From Candidatus Latescibacterota bacterium (GTDB lineage: Bacteria > Latescibacterota > UBA2968), in the NCBI GenBank assembly GCA_965198115.1, contig OZ240241.1, positions 5,824,001-5,888,000 on the forward strand: 64,000 nucleotides of DNA, written 5' to 3'. This document shows, piece by piece, positions 60,873 through 64,000 of this stretch. The notes under the pieces were generated by a model. It saw only the letters and a list, made by a program, of their open reading frames with translations. It did not search any database and was not told the DNA's origin. The stretch's first letter is position 1. Each line of letters starts with the position of its first letter. The position numbers and the translations under genes are program-made.

Positions 60873-61990
60873 AAATTCGGGACATCGACACGATTCTGAT
60901 CGATTCCCCGGGACGGAAGTGGACGATCGTGCGGGTGCACACGGACGAGGATCTGGTCGGTCTGGGGGAGGCGACGTATTTGAAGAAGGAGCCGGTCGTG
61001 GTTTCAGCCGTCGAGCATATGAAGCAGGAGCTCATCGGCGAAGATCCCGGCCGAATCGAATACCTCCGGCACAAGATTTATCGGATGTCGACGCAGAGCG
61101 GCATTTGGCGGATGGCGGGACCCGTGTGGATGAGCGCCCTCAGCGGGATCGACCAGGCATTGTGGGATCTGAAGGGGAAGGTTGCCGGACTCCCGGTCGT
61201 CGAGCTCCTGGGAGGACGTTTCCGAGAGCAGGTGCGTGTCTACACGCACTTTTCCGGACGGACGCCAGAGGAATCAGCCAAAAGTGCCAAGCACTGGGCG
61301 GACCAGGGTTACCGCTACGTGAAGTCCGGGCTGCAGTCGAAGGAGGACTTCGGGTTCGATCCTTACCTGGAAGACGGCTGGCCGGAAGAGACGGCCGCCC
61401 ATTACGCTGCGGCGCGCGAAGCAGTCGGGCCCGACGTGGGGCTGCTCGTCGATTGCCACGGTCGGTTCACGGTCGGGGCTGCGGTGCGGCTGGCTCGGGC
61501 ACTCGAGCCTTGCGGGATGTTTTGTTTCGAGGACCCGGTCGCGCCGGATGACCTGAGTGCGTATCCGAAAGTGAAGCGAGAAACCTCGATTCCGATTATG
61601 GGGAGCGAGCGGTTGAACACGAAGACACAGTTTCGCCAGCTGCTGGAGATGGACGGGATCGACATCGCACAGCCGGATCTCGTCTATGCCGGCGGCATCA
61701 CGGAAGTCAAGAAGATCGCGGCGATTGCGGATACATTCCACGTGCCGATCTCGTTTCACAATACCAAGGGGCCGGTGGGCATCCTGGCCGCCGCCCATTT
61801 GCTGGCGTCGATTCCGAACGAGGCGCCGATGGAATTCGTGACGGGAATCGAATGGCGAGACGAGATTCTCGTGGATCCGCTCGAAATCATCGATGGCTGT
61901 CTGGTCGTGCCCGATCGCCCCGGTCTGGGCATTGTGTTGAACGAAGAGGGCGTCGAGAAACACCGATGGCAACCTGGTGATCCTTACTAG
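60869..61990 (+). CDS. Enolase-superfamily acid-sugar dehydratase (galactonate dehydratase-like)
   Basis: GTG start overlapping the upstream TGA; SGIDQALWDLKGK, VDCHGRF, FEDP, GSERL, QPDL..AGGITE, FHN. Confidence 0.85.
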   Translation: MKIRDIDTILIDSPGRKWTIVRVHTDEDLVGLGEATYLKKEPVVVSAVEHMKQELIGEDPGRIEYLRHKIYRMSTQSGIWRMAGPVWMSALSGIDQALWDLKGKVAGLPVVELLGGRFREQVRVYTHFSGRTPEESAKSAKHWADQGYRYVKSGLQSKEDFGFDPYLEDGWPEETAAHYAAAREAVGPDVGLLVDCHGRFTVGAAVRLARALEPCGMFCFEDPVAPDDLSAYPKVKRETSIPIMGSERLNTKTQFRQLLEMDGIDIAQPDLVYAGGITEVKKIAAIADTFHVPISFHNTKGPVGILAAAHLLASIPNEAPMEFVTGIEWRDEILVDPLEIIDGCLVVPDRPGLGIVLNEEGVEKHRWQPGDPY

Positions 61991-63543
61991 GAGCCTGTCG
62001 GGTTACACCCGGAAGCTCGTTGAGATTAAGTCCAGCTGAGTCTGTCAGCGACCGGTTACCTTCGTTTTTCCTTGAGCCGAGTTTCTCTTCGGGATCAGGT
62101 AGCCAATGAGAGTCGATAGAGTTTCAGAAGGTTGTGTGTGAGACAGATCAGGTTCCATTCTCTGATGACTTTGTGGATTCGGCGGAATGAGAATCGGGTG
62201 AAGTTCCGAACGGATTTGATCTGTCCAAACACGGGTTCGATGATCTGTTTTCTTTTCCAGTAGGTGCAGCGACCTTTCTGTGTGAGAAGCTTTCTCGCCA
62301 TTTTGTCTTTCGTCGTTGCGCCCTTGGGGATCCGTCCCCTGGGGCAGGTCGCGATGGGCGTTCCATGTTTCTGTTTTGTCGTCGCCACATAGAGGTCGAC
62401 GCCATCTGATTGAACCTGATCGACCTGACTTTGGTTGAAGTATCCGGTGTCGGCAGTGAGGTGCTTGGGTGTCGTGCCGCCCATATTCGCTCTGATCTGG
62501 TTGACCATAGGTGTCATCTGGTTCTTGTCATTAGCTTCTTGGGTGACGTCGGCAGCAACGACAATCTGGGCCTTGTCATCCACAGCAGCTTGGCAGTTGT
62601 AGGCTTGAAGGAATTGGCCCCCTGAGACCATGATCCGTGAGTCGGGATCGGTGAAGTTCAGTTGTTCCTTGGAGTCGGGCTCTTTCGATGGAGGCTTGGG
62701 CTTACGTCCACGACCGCCGCGGCGCTCCCGGGCCTTTACCTTCTCTTCATACGCTGCCTGCTTCTCAGGAAACTCAGCCTCCGCTTCGGCTTCGATCTCG
62801 GCTATTGCGTCGCGGATTACTTTGAGTCGAGTCTCCCGGTGCTGCAACTCCTCGGGCAACTCGTCGCCGCGGTTGTCCTTTCCGTAGAGTTCGTCTTCGG
62901 CCGCGTCAGTGGCTTCGGCCTCGGTCAAGAGTCTGCGCACTTCGGCCTCGATCTCGGCTTCTTTCTTCTTCATCCGGCCGTAGCTCATCGCTTTGTGTTT
63001 TGAGGCATTTGCTTTGACTTTCGTGCCATCCAACGCCACGTGTCCCAGCTTCACCAGACCTGCCTTCACGCAGAGACACAGCACTTGCCTGAACAGACCT
63101 GAGAGGGCATCCAGATGCCGTTGACGAAAGGTCGATATCGTGTCGTGATCAGGATGCTGATCCAGGCTGAGCACACGGAAAGCAACGGAGTCATAGGTCG
63201 CACGCTCAATCTTGCGGGAACTCCTGATGCCTTCGCAGTAACCATACAGCAGTAGGCTCACCATCATCCGGGGATCATACGGTGGCTGGCCACCTTGAGA
63301 CCCATCGTAGGTCTCGTAGATCGCGGACAAATCAAGTTGTCCGACGATATCCAGAATGAAGTAGGTCGGATGACCCTTGGGAAGCCAACTCCGGAGATCC
63401 GGAGGCAGCAACATCAACTGAGCCGGATTGTAGACACGAAACCGAGTAGAAGTGCTCAACGGAAACCTCCAATTCAGAGTCGGAACCTTGATCGCACTTC
63501 TACAATACGAAATCTTCCTCCGGCTGGGTACTCCGACAGGCTC
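61991..63543 (-). mobile_element. IS1182-family insertion sequence
   Basis: Terminal IR GAGCCTGTCGG / CCGACAGGCTC; CTAG duplicated at 61987-61990 and 63544-63547. Confidence 0.92.
62095..63459 (-). CDS. IS1182 transposase
   Basis: PPYDPRMM, SSRKIE, PDHDTI, LDGTKVKANAS, TDPDSR, ADTGY, IEPVFGQIK. Confidence 0.93.
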   Translation of the reverse strand: MSTSTRFRVYNPAQLMLLPPDLRSWLPKGHPTYFILDIVGQLDLSAIYETYDGSQGGQPPYDPRMMVSLLLYGYCEGIRSSRKIERATYDSVAFRVLSLDQHPDHDTISTFRQRHLDALSGLFRQVLCLCVKAGLVKLGHVALDGTKVKANASKHKAMSYGRMKKKEAEIEAEVRRLLTEAEATDAAEDELYGKDNRGDELPEELQHRETRLKVIRDAIAEIEAEAEAEFPEKQAAYEEKVKARERRGGRGRKPKPPSKEPDSKEQLNFTDPDSRIMVSGGQFLQAYNCQAAVDDKAQIVVAADVTQEANDKNQMTPMVNQIRANMGGTTPKHLTADTGYFNQSQVDQVQSDGVDLYVATTKQKHGTPIATCPRGRIPKGATTKDKMARKLLTQKGRCTYWKRKQIIEPVFGQIKSVRNFTRFSFRRIHKVIREWNLICLTHNLLKLYRLSLAT

Positions 63544-64000
63544 CTAGCCTGAATTATGCATAAAAAAGCCGTACGACGTTCAAGGGAAAAACCAAAGGCC
63601 CCTTGAACTACAATTTTCTACGAAAATTGTATCTCTTCATGCGCATGCGCGCGCGCGAGGATTTTTTTTGAAACGCTGGCATGTCCATTCCAGATATCCT
63701 GACTGGCTGTCCACCGGAGGGATGCTGGTACCGGTTGATCGTGTTTCCGGGCCGTACGGGAGCCATAGAGAGCCTTTCGGCTTCTGGGTGAGCAAGGGCA
63801 TTTCGATGCTTAAATGGCCTTAAAAAGGCTCTATGGAGCTCTGGGGACCGGATATGACAGCCATTGAATTCATTGGAGCATGCGCAATCATTGTCCGGCT
63901 GGTGCGGGATGGCGTGCCGAGAGATGAGGTCTATCGCCGGTATTCGCTCCTGATGGAACCGTACGCGGACATTCCACCGTACCCGGAAACGGATGCGGCT

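Overview
A GC-rich bacterial accessory/catabolic region with no rRNA, tRNA or CRISPR array. The gene content resembles marine or sponge-associated Latescibacterota/Poribacteria-like genomes (inference only). It holds five paralogs of a ~640-aa polytopic membrane protein (DUF6785/DUF6784-like, OPT-like), six phytanoyl-CoA dioxygenase-family (Fe/2OG) genes with varied metal-ligand motifs, five enolase-superfamily enzymes (three in tandem), two mannonate dehydratase-like genes, a sulfatase, a heparinase II/III-like lyase, GHL10-like and beta-propeller glycosidases, an APC-RCK fusion, a DddP-like M24 enzyme and a PcfJ-like gene with an attenuator-like leader. Three IS elements (IS630, IS256, IS1182) have identifiable ends and flanking duplications. 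Several REP-like palindrome families, some nested, fill the intergenic spaces. About nine genes carry frameshifts or in-frame stops (decay or assembly error). All family calls come from motif recognition by eye, not database searches.
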